DNA from: the human T2T-CHM13v2.0 reference genome, Homo sapiens | Length of the DNA stretch: 64,000 nt | Direction: 5' to 3' (one strand) | Assembly: GCF_009914755.1 (NCBI RefSeq) | Contig: NC_060948.1 | Part shown: positions 26,601-40,200 of the stretch, in pieces | Numbering within the stretch: position 1 is the stretch's first letter | Layout: each line of letters opens with the position of its first letter | Position numbers and translations under genes: made by a program | The notes under the pieces: generated by a model | What the model was told of the DNA's origin: nothing | The model's database searches: none | The model's input: only the letters and a program-made list of their open reading frames with translations

Positions 26601-29600
26601 ATGGAATGGATAGCCACGGAATGGAATGCACTCCAATGCAATGGAGTCGAAACTAATGGACTGGAATAGAATGGACTCGACTGGTACGGACTCCAATGGA
26701 ATGGAATCGAATGGAAGGAAATCGAATGGAATGGACTCGAAGGGAAAAGACTGCAATGGAATGGTCTCGAATGGAATGGAAATTAATGGAATGGAATGGA
26801 ATCGAATGAAATGGAGTCAAAAGGAATGGAATCGAATGGCAAGAAATCGAATGTAATGGAATCGCAAGGAATTGATGTGAAAGGAACAGAATGGAATGGA
26901 ATCCAAAGGAATGGAATAGAATGGAATGGAATCGAATGGAAAGGACTCGAATGGAAATCACTCGAATAGAATGCAATTTAATAAAATAGGATCAAATGTA
27001 ATGGAATGGAATGGAAAGGAATCGAAACGAAAGGAATGGAGACAGATGGAATGGAATGGAACAGAGAGCAATGGTATAGAATGGAATGGAATCATCTGGA
27101 ATGGAATTGAATGGAATGGAATAATATGAAATGGAATGGAATGGAATGGAATGGAATGCCCTTGAATTAAATGGACTGGAATGGAATGGACTCGAACAGA
27201 GTGGAATGGAAAGTGTTGAGATAGAATGGAATGGACTCCTTTGGAATGGTGTAGTATGCAATGCAATCGACTGGCAGGGAATCAAAAGGAATGTAATCGA
27301 ATGGATTGGACTGGAATGCAATGGACTCGAATAGATTGGAAACGGAATGCAAAGGAATGGAATGGAATAGTATGGAATGGAATGGAAAGGAATGGAGTGG
27401 AATAGACTAGAGTGGAATGGAATGGACCTGAAAGCAATGGACTGGAATGGAACTTTCTTGAATGGACTGGAATCAAACGGAATGGAATGCAATGCAATCA
27501 AATGGCATGGAATAAAATAGAATGAAAGAGAATCAAATGGAATTGAATCGAATGGAATCGAATGGATTGGAAAGGAATAGAATGGAATGGAATGGAATTG
27601 ACTCAAATGGAATGGACTAGAATGGAATGGATTCGAATGGAAGGCAAAGGAATGGAATCTATTGGAATGGACTGTAATGGAATGGAATGGAAGGGATTGG
27701 AATGGACTCGAATGGAATGGACTGCAATAGAAAGGATTCGAATGGAATGAAAAAGAATTGAATGGAATAGAACAGAATGGAATCAAATCGAATGAAATGG
27801 AATGGAATAGAAAGGAATGGAATGAAATGGAATGGAAAGGATTCGAATGGAATGCAATCGAATGGAATGGAATCGAACGGAATGGAATAAAATGGAAGAA
27901 AACTGGCAAGAAATGGAATCGAAATGAATGGAGTGTTATGGAACGGACTCAAAAGGAATTGAATGTAATAGAATGGAGTGGAGTGGACTCGAATATAATG
28001 GACTGGAATGGAATGAAATCACAAGGAATGGGAACGAATGGAATGGAATGGAAAGGAATGGAATCGAATGGAAAGGAATCGAATGGAAGGGAATGAAATT
28101 GAATCAACAGGAATGGAAGGGAATAGAATAGACGGTAATGGAATGGACTCGAATAGAATGGACACGAATGCTCAAATTGAATGGACTCGAATGGAATGGA
28201 AACGAAAGGAATGTCATCGAATGGAATTGAATGGATTGGAATGAAATCGCATAGAATGGAGTGGAATCAAATGGAATTGAATCGAAAGGAAAGGAAGCGA
28301 ATGGACTGAAATGAAATGGAATGGAATTGAATGGAAATTAATGCAATGGAATAGAATGGAACGAAATTTCACGGAATGGAATCAAACTGAATGGAATCAA
28401 ATCAATGGAATATAATCAAATGGAATGGAAAGGAATTGAATGGAGTAGATTGGATTGGATGGGATTGGAATGAAATGTACTGGAAAGGACTCGAATTTCA
28501 TGAAACGGAATGGAATGAATTGGAATGGAATGGACTCGAATGGAATGGAATGTCATGGAATGGCATCAAATGGAATGGCATCAAATGGAATGGAATCGAA
28601 TGCAATGGAATGCTATGGAATGGAATGCAATGCATTGGAATGGAATGTCCTCTAATGGAATGGATTCGAGTGGAATGGAATCGAATATAATGGAGTCTAA
28701 TGAAATGGAATTGAAAGGAATGGGATCGAATAGAATGGAATATACTGGAATGTAATGTAATGAACTCGAATGTAATTGACTGGAATGGAATGTACATGAA
28801 TGGAATGTAATCGAATGGAAAGTAATCCAATGGAATAGAATCTAATGCAATAAAATCGACTCAAATAGAGTAGAATGTAATGGAATGGAGTGCAGTGCAA
28901 TGGAATGGAATGGAATGGAATGCAATGGAATGGAATGGAATGGAATGGAATGGGATGGAATGGTATGGAATGGATAGTAATGGACTGGAGTGAAATGGAC
29001 TGGAAAGGAATGGACTCAAATTGAAAGGGCTCGAAAGGAATGGAGTCAAATGGAATGGTCTGGAATGGAATGAACACGAATGTAATGCAATCCAATAGAA
29101 TGGAATCGAATGGCATGGAATTTAAAGAAATGGAATCGAAGAGAATGGAAACAAATGGAATGGAATTGAATGGAATGGAATTGAATGGAATGGGAACGAA
29201 TGGAGTGAAATTGTATGCAGTAGAAGAGAATAGAATGGAATGCAAGCGAAAGGAAAGGAATGGATTGGAATGGAATGGAATTCATTGGAATGGAAGGGAA
29301 TGTAGTGTAATGGACAGGCCTGGAATAAAGTGGAATGCTACGGTCTCGAATGGAATAAAAATGTATGGAATGGAATGCAATGAAACGGAATCGAATGTCA
29401 TAGAATGTAATGGAATGCAAAAAATGGAATCCAAAATCATTGACTGGAAAGGCTGGGTGTCGAAAGGAATTGACTCCAATGGAATGGAATCGAATGGAAT
29501 GGAAGTGAATAGAATCGAACTAAATCGAATGGAATGGAATTGATAGGAACGGAATGGAAAAGAATGCAATGATTTGGCATGGAATGGAATCGAATGGCAT

Positions 29601-32600
29601 CGAATGGAATGGAATGGAATGCAATGGAATGGAATGTGTTAGAATGTAATGAACTTTAATGGAATGTACTCGAATGGATTCGACTGGAATGGAATGTTCT
29701 GGAAGTGAATGGACTCCAATGGAATGGATTCAAAAGGAATGGAATCGTACGGAATGGAATCTAATGGAATGGAATTAAATGGAAATGAATCAAATGGAAT
29801 AGCACGGAATTGAATTGAATGGAATCGAGTGCAATGGAATCTAATGAAACGGAAAGGAAAGGAATGGAATGGAATGGAATGGGCTGGAATGGAAAGGAAT
29901 CGAAATGAATGGAATGGAATCGAACTGAAGAGACTGGAATGGAATGCACTGGAATGGAAGGGAGTGTAATGGAAGGTTCTCGAAAAAAATGGAATCGAAT
30001 GGAATGGAATTGAATGGAACGGAATAGAGTCGAATGGAATTGAATGGAATGGAATGGACTAGAGTGAAATGGAATAGAACCACAAGGAATGGACAGGAAT
30101 AGAATAGTCTCGAATTGAATGGAATCGTATGGAATGGCATCAAACGGAATGGAATGGATAGCCACGGAATGGAATGCACTCCAATGCAATGGAGTCGAAA
30201 CTAATGGACTGGAATAGAATGGACTCGACTGGTACGGACTCCAATGGAATGGAATCGAATGGAAGGAAATCGAATGGAATGGACTCGAAAGGAAAAGACT
30301 GCAATGGAATGGTCTCGAATGGAATGGAAATTAATGGAATGGAATGGAATCGAATGAAATGGAGTCAAAAGGAATGGAATCGAATGGCAAGAAATCGAAT
30401 GTAATGGAATCGCAAGGAATTGATGTGAAAGGAACAGAATGGAATGGAATCCAAAGGAATGGAATAGAATGGAATGGAATCGAATGGAAAGGACTCGAAT
30501 GGAAATCACTCGAATAGAATGCAATTTAATAAAATAGGATCAAATGTAATGGAATGGAATGGAAAGGAATCGAAACGAAAGGAATGGAGACAGATGGAAT
30601 GGAATGGAACAGAGAGCAATGGTATAGAATGGAATGGAATCATCTGGAATGGAATTGAATGGAATGGAATAATATGAAATGGAATGGAATGGAATGGAAT
30701 GGAATGCCCTTGAATTAAATGGACTGGAATGGAATGGACTCGAACAGAGTGGAATGGAAAGTGTTGAGATAGAATGGAATGGACTCCTTTGGAATGGTGT
30801 AGTATGCAATGCAATCGACTGGCAGGGAATCAAAAGGAATGTAATCGAATGGATTGGACTGGAATGCAATGGACTCGAATAGATTGGAAACGGAATGCAA
30901 AGGAATGGAATGGAATAGTATGGAATGGAATGGAAAGGAATGGAGTGGAATAGACTAGAGTGGAATGGAATGGACTGGAAAGCAATGGACTGGAATGGAA
31001 CTTTCTTGAATGGACTGGAATCAAACGGAATGGAATGCAATGCAATCAAATGGCATGGAATAAAATAGAATGAAAGAGAATCAAATGGAATTGAATCGAA
31101 TGGAATCGAATGGATTGGAAAGGAATAGAATGGAATGGAATGGAATTGACTCAAATGGAATGGACTAGAATGGAATGGATTCGAATGGAAGGCAAAGGAA
31201 TGGAATCTATTGGAATGGACTGTAATGGAATGGAATGGAAGGGATTGGAATGGACTCGAATGCAATGGACTGCAATAGAAAGGATTCGAATGGAATGAAA
31301 AAGAATTGAATGGAATAGAACAGAATGGAATCAAATCGAATGAAATGGAATGGAATAGAAAGGAATGGAATGAAATGGAATGGAAAGGATTCGAATGGAA
31401 TGCAATCGAATGGAATGGAATCGAACGGAATGGAATAAAATGGAAGAAAACTGGCAAGAAATGGAATCGAAATGAATGGAGTGTTATGGAACGGACTCAA
31501 AAGGAATTGAATGTAATAGAATGGAGTGGAGTGGACTCGAATATAATGGACTGGAATGGAATGAAATCACATGGAATGGGAACGAATGGAATGGAATGGA
31601 AAGGAATGGAATCGAATGGAAAGGAATCGAACGGAAGGGAATAAAATTGAATCAACAGGAATGGAAGGGAATAGAATAGACGGTAATGGAATGGACTCGA
31701 ATAGAATGGACACGAATGCTCAAATTGAATGGACTCGAAAGGAATGGAAAGGAAAGGAATGTCATCGAATGGAATTGAATCGATTGGAATGAAATCGCAT
31801 AGAATGGAGTGGAATCAAATGGAATTGAATCGAAAGGAAAGGAAGCGAATGGACTGAAATGAAATGGTATGGAATTGAATGGAAATTAATGCAATGGAAT
31901 AGAATGGAACGAAATTTCACGGAATGGAATCAAACTGAATGGAATCAAATCAATGGAATCTAATCAAATGGAATGGAAAGGAATTGAATGGAGTAGATTG
32001 GATTGGATGGGATTGGAATGAAATGTACTGGAAAGGACTCGAATTTCATGAAAAGGAATGGAATGAATTGGAACGGAATGGACTCGAATGGAATGGAATG
32101 TCATGGAATGGTATCAAATGGAATGGCATCAAATGGAATGGAATCGAATGCAATGGAATGCTATGGAATGGAATGGAATGCATTGGAATGGAATGTCCTC
32201 TAATGGAATGGATTCGAGTGGAATGGAATCGAATATAATGGAGTCGAATGAAATGGAATTGAAAGGAATGGGATCGAATAGAATGGAATATACTGGAATG
32301 TAATGTAATGAACTCGAATGTAATTGACTGGAATGGAATGTACATGAATGGAATGTAATCGAATGGAAAGTAATCCAATGGAATAGAATCTAATGCAATA
32401 AAATCGACTCAAATAGAGTAGAATGTAATGGAATGGAGTGCAGTGCAATGGAATGGAATGGAATGGAATGCAATGGAATAGAATGGAATGGAATGGAATG
32501 GGATGGAATGGTATGGAATGGATAGTAATGGACTGGAGTGAAATGGACTGGAAAGGAATGGACTCAAATTGAAAGGGCTCGAAAGGAATGGAGTCAAATG

Positions 32601-35600
32601 GAATGGTCTGGAATGGAATGAACACGAATGTAATGCAATCCAATAGAATGGAATCGAATGGCATGGAATTTAAAGAAATGGAATCGAAGAGAATGGAAAC
32701 AAATGGAATGGAATTGAATGGAATGGAATTGAATGGAATGGGAAGGAATGGAGTGAAATTGTATGCAGTAGAAGAGAATAGAATGGAATGCAAGCGAAAG
32801 GAAAGGAATGGATTGGAATGGAATGGAATTCATTGGAATGGAAGGGAATGTAGTGTAATGGACAGGCCTGGAATAAAGTGGAATGCTACGGTCTCGAATG
32901 GAATAAAAATGTATGGAATGGAATGCAATGAAACGGAATCGAATGTCATAGAATGTAATGGAATGCAAAAAATGGAATCCAAAGTCATTGACTGGAAAGG
33001 CTGGGTGTCGAAAGGAATTGACTCCAATGGAATGGAATCGAATGGAATGGAAGTGAATAGAATCGAACTAAATCGAATGGAATGGAATTGATAGGAACGG
33101 AATGGAAAAGAATGCAATGATTTGGCATGGAATGGAATCGAATGGCATCGAATGGAATGGAATGGAATGCAATGGAATGGAATGTGTTAGAATGTAATGA
33201 ACTTTAATGGAATGTACTCGAATGGATTCGACTGGAATGGAATGTTCTGGAAGTGAATGGACTCCAATGGAATGGATTCAAAAGGAATGGAATCGTACGG
33301 AATGGAATCTAATGGAATGGAATTAAATGGAAATGAATCAAATGGAATAGCACGGAATTGAATTGAATGGAATCGAGTGCAATGGAATCTAATGAAACGG
33401 AAAGGAAAGGAATGGAATGGAATGGAATGGGCTGGAATGGAAAGGAATCGAAATGAATGGAATGGAATCGAACTGAAGAGACTGGAATGGAATGCACTGG
33501 AATGGAAGGGAGTGTAATGGAAGGTTCTCGAAAAAAATGGAATCGAATGGAATGGAATTGAATGGAACGGAATAGAGTCGAATGGAATTGAATGGAATGG
33601 AATGGACTAGAGTGAAATGGAATAGAACCACAAGGAATGGACAGGAATAGAATAGTCTCGAATTGAATGGAATCGTATGGAATGGCATCAAACGGAATGG
33701 AATGGATAGCCACGGAATGGAATGCACTCCAATGCAATGGAGTCGAAACTAATGGACTGGAATAGAATGGACTCGACTGGTACGGACTCCAATGGAATGG
33801 AATCGAATGGAAGGAAATCGAATGGAATGGACTCGAAGGGAAAAGACTGCAATGGAATGGTCTCGAATGGAATGGAAATTAATGGAATGGAATGGAATCG
33901 AATGAAATGGAGTCAAAAGGAATGGAATCGAATGGCAAGAAATCGAATGTAATGGAATCGCAAGGAATTGATGTGAAAGGAACAGAATGGAATGGAATCC
34001 AAAGGAATGGAATAGAATGGAATGGAATCGAATGGAAAGGACTCGAATGGAAATCACTCGAATAGAATGCAATTTAATAAAATAGGATCAAATGTAATGG
34101 AATGGAATGGAAAGGAATCGAAACGAAAGGAATGGAGACAGATGGAATGGAATGGAACAGAGAGCAATGGTATAGAATGGAATGGAATCATCTGGAATGG
34201 AATTGAATGGAATGGAATAATATGAAATGGAATGGAATGGAATGGAATGGAATGCCCTTGAATTAAATGGACTGGAATGGAATGGACTCGAACAGAGTGG
34301 AATGGAAAGTGTTGAGATAGAATGGAATGGACTCCTTTGGAATGGTGTAGTATGCAATGCAATCGACTGGCAGGGAATCAAAAGGAATGTAATCGAATGG
34401 ATTGGACTGGAATGCAATGGACTCGAATAGATTGGAAACGGAATGCAAAGGAATGGAATGGAATAGTATGGAATGGAATGGAAAGGAATGGAGTGGAATA
34501 GACTAGAGTGGAATGGAATGGACCTGAAAGCAATGGACTGGAATGGAACTTTCTTGAATGGACTGGAATCAAACGGAATGGAATGCAATGCAATCAAATG
34601 GCATGGAATAAAATAGAATGAAAGAGAATCAAATGGAATTGAATCGAATGGAATCGAATGGATTGGAAAGGAATAGAATGGAATGGAATGGAATTGACTC
34701 AAATGGAATGGACTAGAATGGAATGGATTCGAATGGAAGGCAAAGGAATGGAATCTATTGGAATGGACTGTAATGGAATGGAATGGAAGGGATTGGAATG
34801 GACTCGAATGGAATGGACTGCAATAGAAAGGATTCGAATGGAATGAAAAAGAATTGAATGGAATAGAACAGAATGGAATCAAATCGAATGAAATGGAATG
34901 GAATAGAAAGGAATGGAATGAAATGGAATGGAAAGGATTCGAATGGAATGCAATCGAATGGAATGGAATCGAACGGAATGGAATAAAATGGAAGAAAACT
35001 GGCAAGAAATGGAATCGAAATGAATGGAGTGTTATGGAACGGACTCAAAAGGAATTGAATGTAATAGAATGGAGTGGAGTGGACTCGAATATAATGGACT
35101 GGAATGGAATGAAATCACAAGGAATGGGAACGAATGGAATGGAATGGAAAGGAATGGAATCGAATGGAAAGGAATCGAATGGAAGGGAATGAAATTGAAT
35201 CAACAGGAATGGAAGGGAATAGAATAGACGGTAATGGAATGGACTCGAATAGAATGGACACGAATGCTCAAATTGAATGGACTCGAATGGAATGGAAACG
35301 AAAGGAATGTCATCGAATGGAATTGAATGGATTGGAATGAAATCGCATAGAATGGAGTGGAATCAAATGGAATTGAATCGAAAGGAAAGGAAGCGAATGG
35401 ACTGAAATGAAATGGAATGGAATTGAATGGAAATTAATGCAATGGAATAGAATGGAACGAAATTTCACGGAATGGAATCAAACTGAATGGAATCAAATCA
35501 ATGGAATATAATCAAATGGAATGGAAAGGAATTGAATGGAGTAGATTGGATTGGATGGGATTGGAATGAAATGTACTGGAAAGGACTCGAATTTCATGAA

Positions 35601-37250
35601 ACGGAATGGAATGAATTGGAACGGAATGGACTCGAATGGAATGGAATGTCATGGAATGGCATCAAATGGAATGGCATCAAATGGAATGGAATCGAATGCA
35701 ATGGAATGCTATGGAATGGAATGCAATGCATTGGAATGGAATGTCCTCTAATGGAATGGATTCGAGTGGAATGGAATCGAATATAATGGAGTCTAATGAA
35801 ATGGAATTGAAAGGAATGGGATCGAATAGAATGGAATATACTGGAATGTAATGTAATGAACTCGAATGTAATTGACTGGAATGGAATGTACATGAATGGA
35901 ATGTAATCGAATGGAAAGTAATCCAATGGAATAGAATCTAATGCAATAAAATCGACTCAAATAGAGTAGAATGTAATGGAATGGAGTGCAGTGCAATGGA
36001 ATGGAATGGAATGGAATGCAATGGAATGGAATGGAATGGAATGGAATGGGATGGAATGGTATGGAATGGATAGTAATGGACTGGAGTGAAATGGACTGGA
36101 AAGGAATGGACTCAAATTGAAAGGGCTCGAAAGGAATGGAGTCAAATGGAATGGTCTGGAATGGAATGAACACGAATGTAATGCAATCCAATAGAATGGA
36201 ATCGAATGGCATGGAATTTAAAGAAATGGAATCGAAGAGAATGGAAACAAATGGAATGGAATTGAATGGAATGGAATTGAATGGAATGGGAACGAATGGA
36301 GTGAAATTGTATGCAGTAGAAGAGAATAGAATGGAATGCAAGCGAAAGGAAAGGAATGGATTGGAATGGAATGGAATTCATTGGAATGGAAGGGAATGTA
36401 GTGTAATGGACAGGCCTGGAATAAAGTGGAATGCTACGGTCTCGAATGGAATAAAAATGTATGGAATGGAATGCAATGAAACGGAATCGAATGTCATAGA
36501 ATGTAATGGAATGCAAAAAATGGAATCCAAAGTCATTGACTGGAAAGGCTGGGTGTCGAAAGGAATTGACTCCAATGGAATGGAATCGAATGGAATGGAA
36601 GTGAATAGAATCGAACTAAATCGAATGGAATGGAATTGATAGGAACGGAATGGAAAGGAATGCAATGATTTGGCATGGAATGGAATCGAATGGCATCGAA
36701 TGGAATGGAATGTGTTAGAATGTAATGAACTTTAATGGAATGTACTCGAATGGATTCGACTGGAATGGAATGTTCTGGAAGTGAATGGACTCCAATGGAA
36801 TGGATTCAAAAGGAATGGAATCGTACGGAATGGAATCTAATGGAATGGAATTAAATGGAAATGAATCAAATGGAATAGCACGGAATTGAATTGAATGGAA
36901 TGGAATGCAATGGAATCTAATGAAACGGAAAGGAAAGGAATGGAATGGAATGGAATGGGCTGGAATGGAAAGGAATCGAAATGAATGGAATGGAATCGAA
37001 CTGAAGAGACTGGAATGGAATGCACTGGAATGGAAGGAAGTGTAATGGAAGGTTCTCGAAAAAAATGGAATCGAATGGAATGGAATTGAATGGAACGGAA
37101 TAGAGTCGAATGGAATTGAATGGAATGGAATGGACTAGAGTGAAATGGAATAGAACCACAAGGAATGGACAGGAATAGAATGGTCTCGAATTGAATGGAA
37201 TCGTATGGAATGGCATCAAACGGAATGGAATGGATAGCCACGGAATGGAA
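20600..37250 (+). repeat. Subfamily A block (units 7-11), marked by the GC-A6-TG 1-bp deletion
   Basis: GCAAAAAATG (A6 rather than A7) at ~22321, 25869, 29417, 32965 and 36513, with TGTGTTAG, AATCAAATGGAATAGCAC, AATAGAACCAC and GGATAGCC. It gives the 167-aa pseudo-ORF instead of 134 aa. Confidence 0.85.
22200..36400 (+). repeat. Tandem duplication of a 7096-bp two-unit segment
   Basis: Alternating variants recur at +7096: GAAAGGAAAAG 23191/30287, GGTATCA 25014/32110, GACCTG 27425/34521, CACAAGG 28020/35116, GAATGCAATGCATT ~28623/35719. Confidence 0.9.
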
Positions 37251-40200
37251 TGCACTCGAATGCAATGGAGTCGAACCTAATGGACTGGAATAGAATGGAC
37301 TCGACTGGTACGGACTCCAATGGAATGGAATCGAATGGAAGGGAATCGAACGGAATGGACTCGAAGGGAAAAGACTGCAATGGAGAGGTCTCGAATGGAA
37401 TGGAAATTAATGGAATGGAATGGAATCGAATGAAATGGAGTCAAAAGGAATGGAATCGAATGGCAAGAAATCGAATGTAATGGAATCGCAAGGAATTGAT
37501 GTGAACGGAACGGAATGGAATGGAATCCAAAGGAATGGAATAGAATGGAATGGAATCGAATGGAAAGGACTCGAATGGAAATCACTCGAATAGAATGCAA
37601 TTTAATAAAATAGGATCAAATGTAATGGAATGGAATGGAAAGGAATCGAAACGAAAGGAATGGAGACAGATGGAATGGAATGGAACAGAGAGCAATGGTA
37701 TAGAATGGAATGGAATCCTCTGGAATGGAATTGAATGGAATGGAATAATATGAAATGGAATGGAATGGAATGGAATGCCCTTGAATTAAATGGACTGGAA
37801 TGGAATGGACTCGAACAGAGTGGAATGGAAAGTGTTGAAATAGAATGGAATGGACTCGTTTGGAATGGTCTAGTATACAATGCAATCGACCGGCAGGGAA
37901 TCAAAAGGAATGTAATCGAATGGATTGGACTGGAATGCAATGGACTCGAATAGATTGGAAACGGAAAGCAAAGGAATGGAATGGAATAGTATGGAATGGA
38001 ATGGAAAGGAATGGAGTGGAATAGACTAGAGTGGAATGGAATGGACTCGAAAGCAATGGACTGGAATGGAACTTTCTTGAATGGACTGGAATCAAACGGA
38101 ATGGAATGCAATGCAATCAAATGGCATGGAATAAAATAGAATGAAAGAGAATCAAATGGAATTGAATCGAATGGAATCGAATGGATTGGAAAGGAATAGA
38201 ATGGAATGGAATGGAATTGACTCAAATGGAATGGACTAGAATGGAATGGATTCGAATGGAAGGCAAAGGAATGGAATCTATTGGAATGGACTGTAATGGA
38301 ATGGAATGGAAGGGATTGGAATGGACTCGAATGGAATGGACTGCAATAGAAAGGATTCGAATGGAATGAAAAAGAATTGAATGGAATAGAACAGAATGGA
38401 ATCAAATCGAATGAAATGGAATGGAATAGAAAGGAATGGAATGAAATGGAATGGAAAGGATTCGAATGGAATGCAATCGAATGGAATGCAATCGAATGGA
38501 ATGGAATCGAACGGAATGGAATAAAATGGAAGAAAACTGGCAAGAAATGGAATCGAAATGAATGGAGTGTTATGGAACGGACTCAAAAGGAATTGAATGT
38601 AATAGAATGGAGTGGAGTGGACTCGAATATAATGGACTGGAATGGAATGAAATCACATGGAATGGGAACGAATGGAATGGAATGGAAAGGAATGGAATCG
38701 AATGGAAAGGAATCGAATGGAAGGGAATGAAATTGAATCAACAGGAATGGAAGGGAGTAGAATAGACGGTAATGGAATGGACTCGAATAGAATGGACACG
38801 AAGGCTCAAATTGAATGGACTCGAATGGAATGGAAACGAAAGGAATGTCATCGAATGGAATTGAATCGATTGGAATGAAATCACATAGAATGGAGTGGAA
38901 TCAAATGGAATTGAATCGAAAGGAAAGGAAGCGAATGGACTGAAATGAAATGGAATGGAATTGAATGGAAATTCATGCAATGGAATAGAATGGAACGAAA
39001 TTTCACGGAATGGAATCAAACTGAATGGAATCAAATCAATGGAATATAATCAAATGGAATGGAAAGGAATTGAATGGAGTAGATTGGATTGGATGGGATT
39101 GGAATGAAATGTACTGGAAAGGACTCGAATTTCATGAAACGGAATGGAATGAATTAGAACGGAATGGACTCGAATGGAATGGAATGTCATGGAATGGCAT
39201 CAAATGGAATGGAATCGATTGCGATGGAATGCTATGGAATGGAATGGAATGCATTGGAATGGAATGTCCTCTAATGGAATGTATTCGAGTGGAATGGAAT
39301 CGAATATAATGGAGTCTAATGAAAGGGAATTGAAAGGAATGGGACCGAATACAATGGAATATACTGGAATGTAATGTAATGAACTCGAATGTAATTGACT
39401 GGAATGGAATGTACATGAATGGAATGTAATCGAATGGAAAGCAATCCAATGGAATAGAATCTAATGCAATAAAATCGACTCAAGTAGAGTAGAATGTAAT
39501 GGAATGGAGTGCAGTGCAATGGAATGGAATGGAATGGAATGCAATGGAATGGAATGGAATGGAATGGAATGGAATGGGATGGAATGGTATGGAATGGATA
39601 GTAATGGACTGGAGTGAAATGGACTGGAAAAGAATGGACTCAAATTGAAAGGGCTCGAAAGGAATGGAGTCAAATGGAATGGTCTGGAATGGAATGAACA
39701 CGAATGTAATGCAATCCAATAGAATGGAATCGAATGGCATGGAATATAAAGAAATGGAATCGAAGAGAATGGAAACAAATGGAATGGAATTGAATGGAAT
39801 GGGAACGAATGGAGTGAAATTGTATGCAGTAGAAGAGAATAGAATGGAATGCAAGCGAAAGGAAAGGAATGGATTGGAATGGAATGGAATTCATTGGAAT
39901 GGAAGGGAATGTAGTGTAATGGACAGGCCTGGAATAAAGTGGAATGCTACAGTCTCGAATGGAATAAAAATGTATGGAATGGAATGCAATGAAACGGAAT
40001 CGAATGTCATAGAATGTAATGGAATGCAAAAAAATGGAATCCAAAATCATTGACTGGAAAGGCTGGGTGTCGAAAGGAATTGACTCCAATGGAATGGAAT
40101 CGAATGGAATGGAAGTGAATAGAATGGAACTAAATCGAATGGAATGGAATTGATAGGAACGGAATGGAAAGGAATGCAATGATTTGGCATGGAATGGAAT

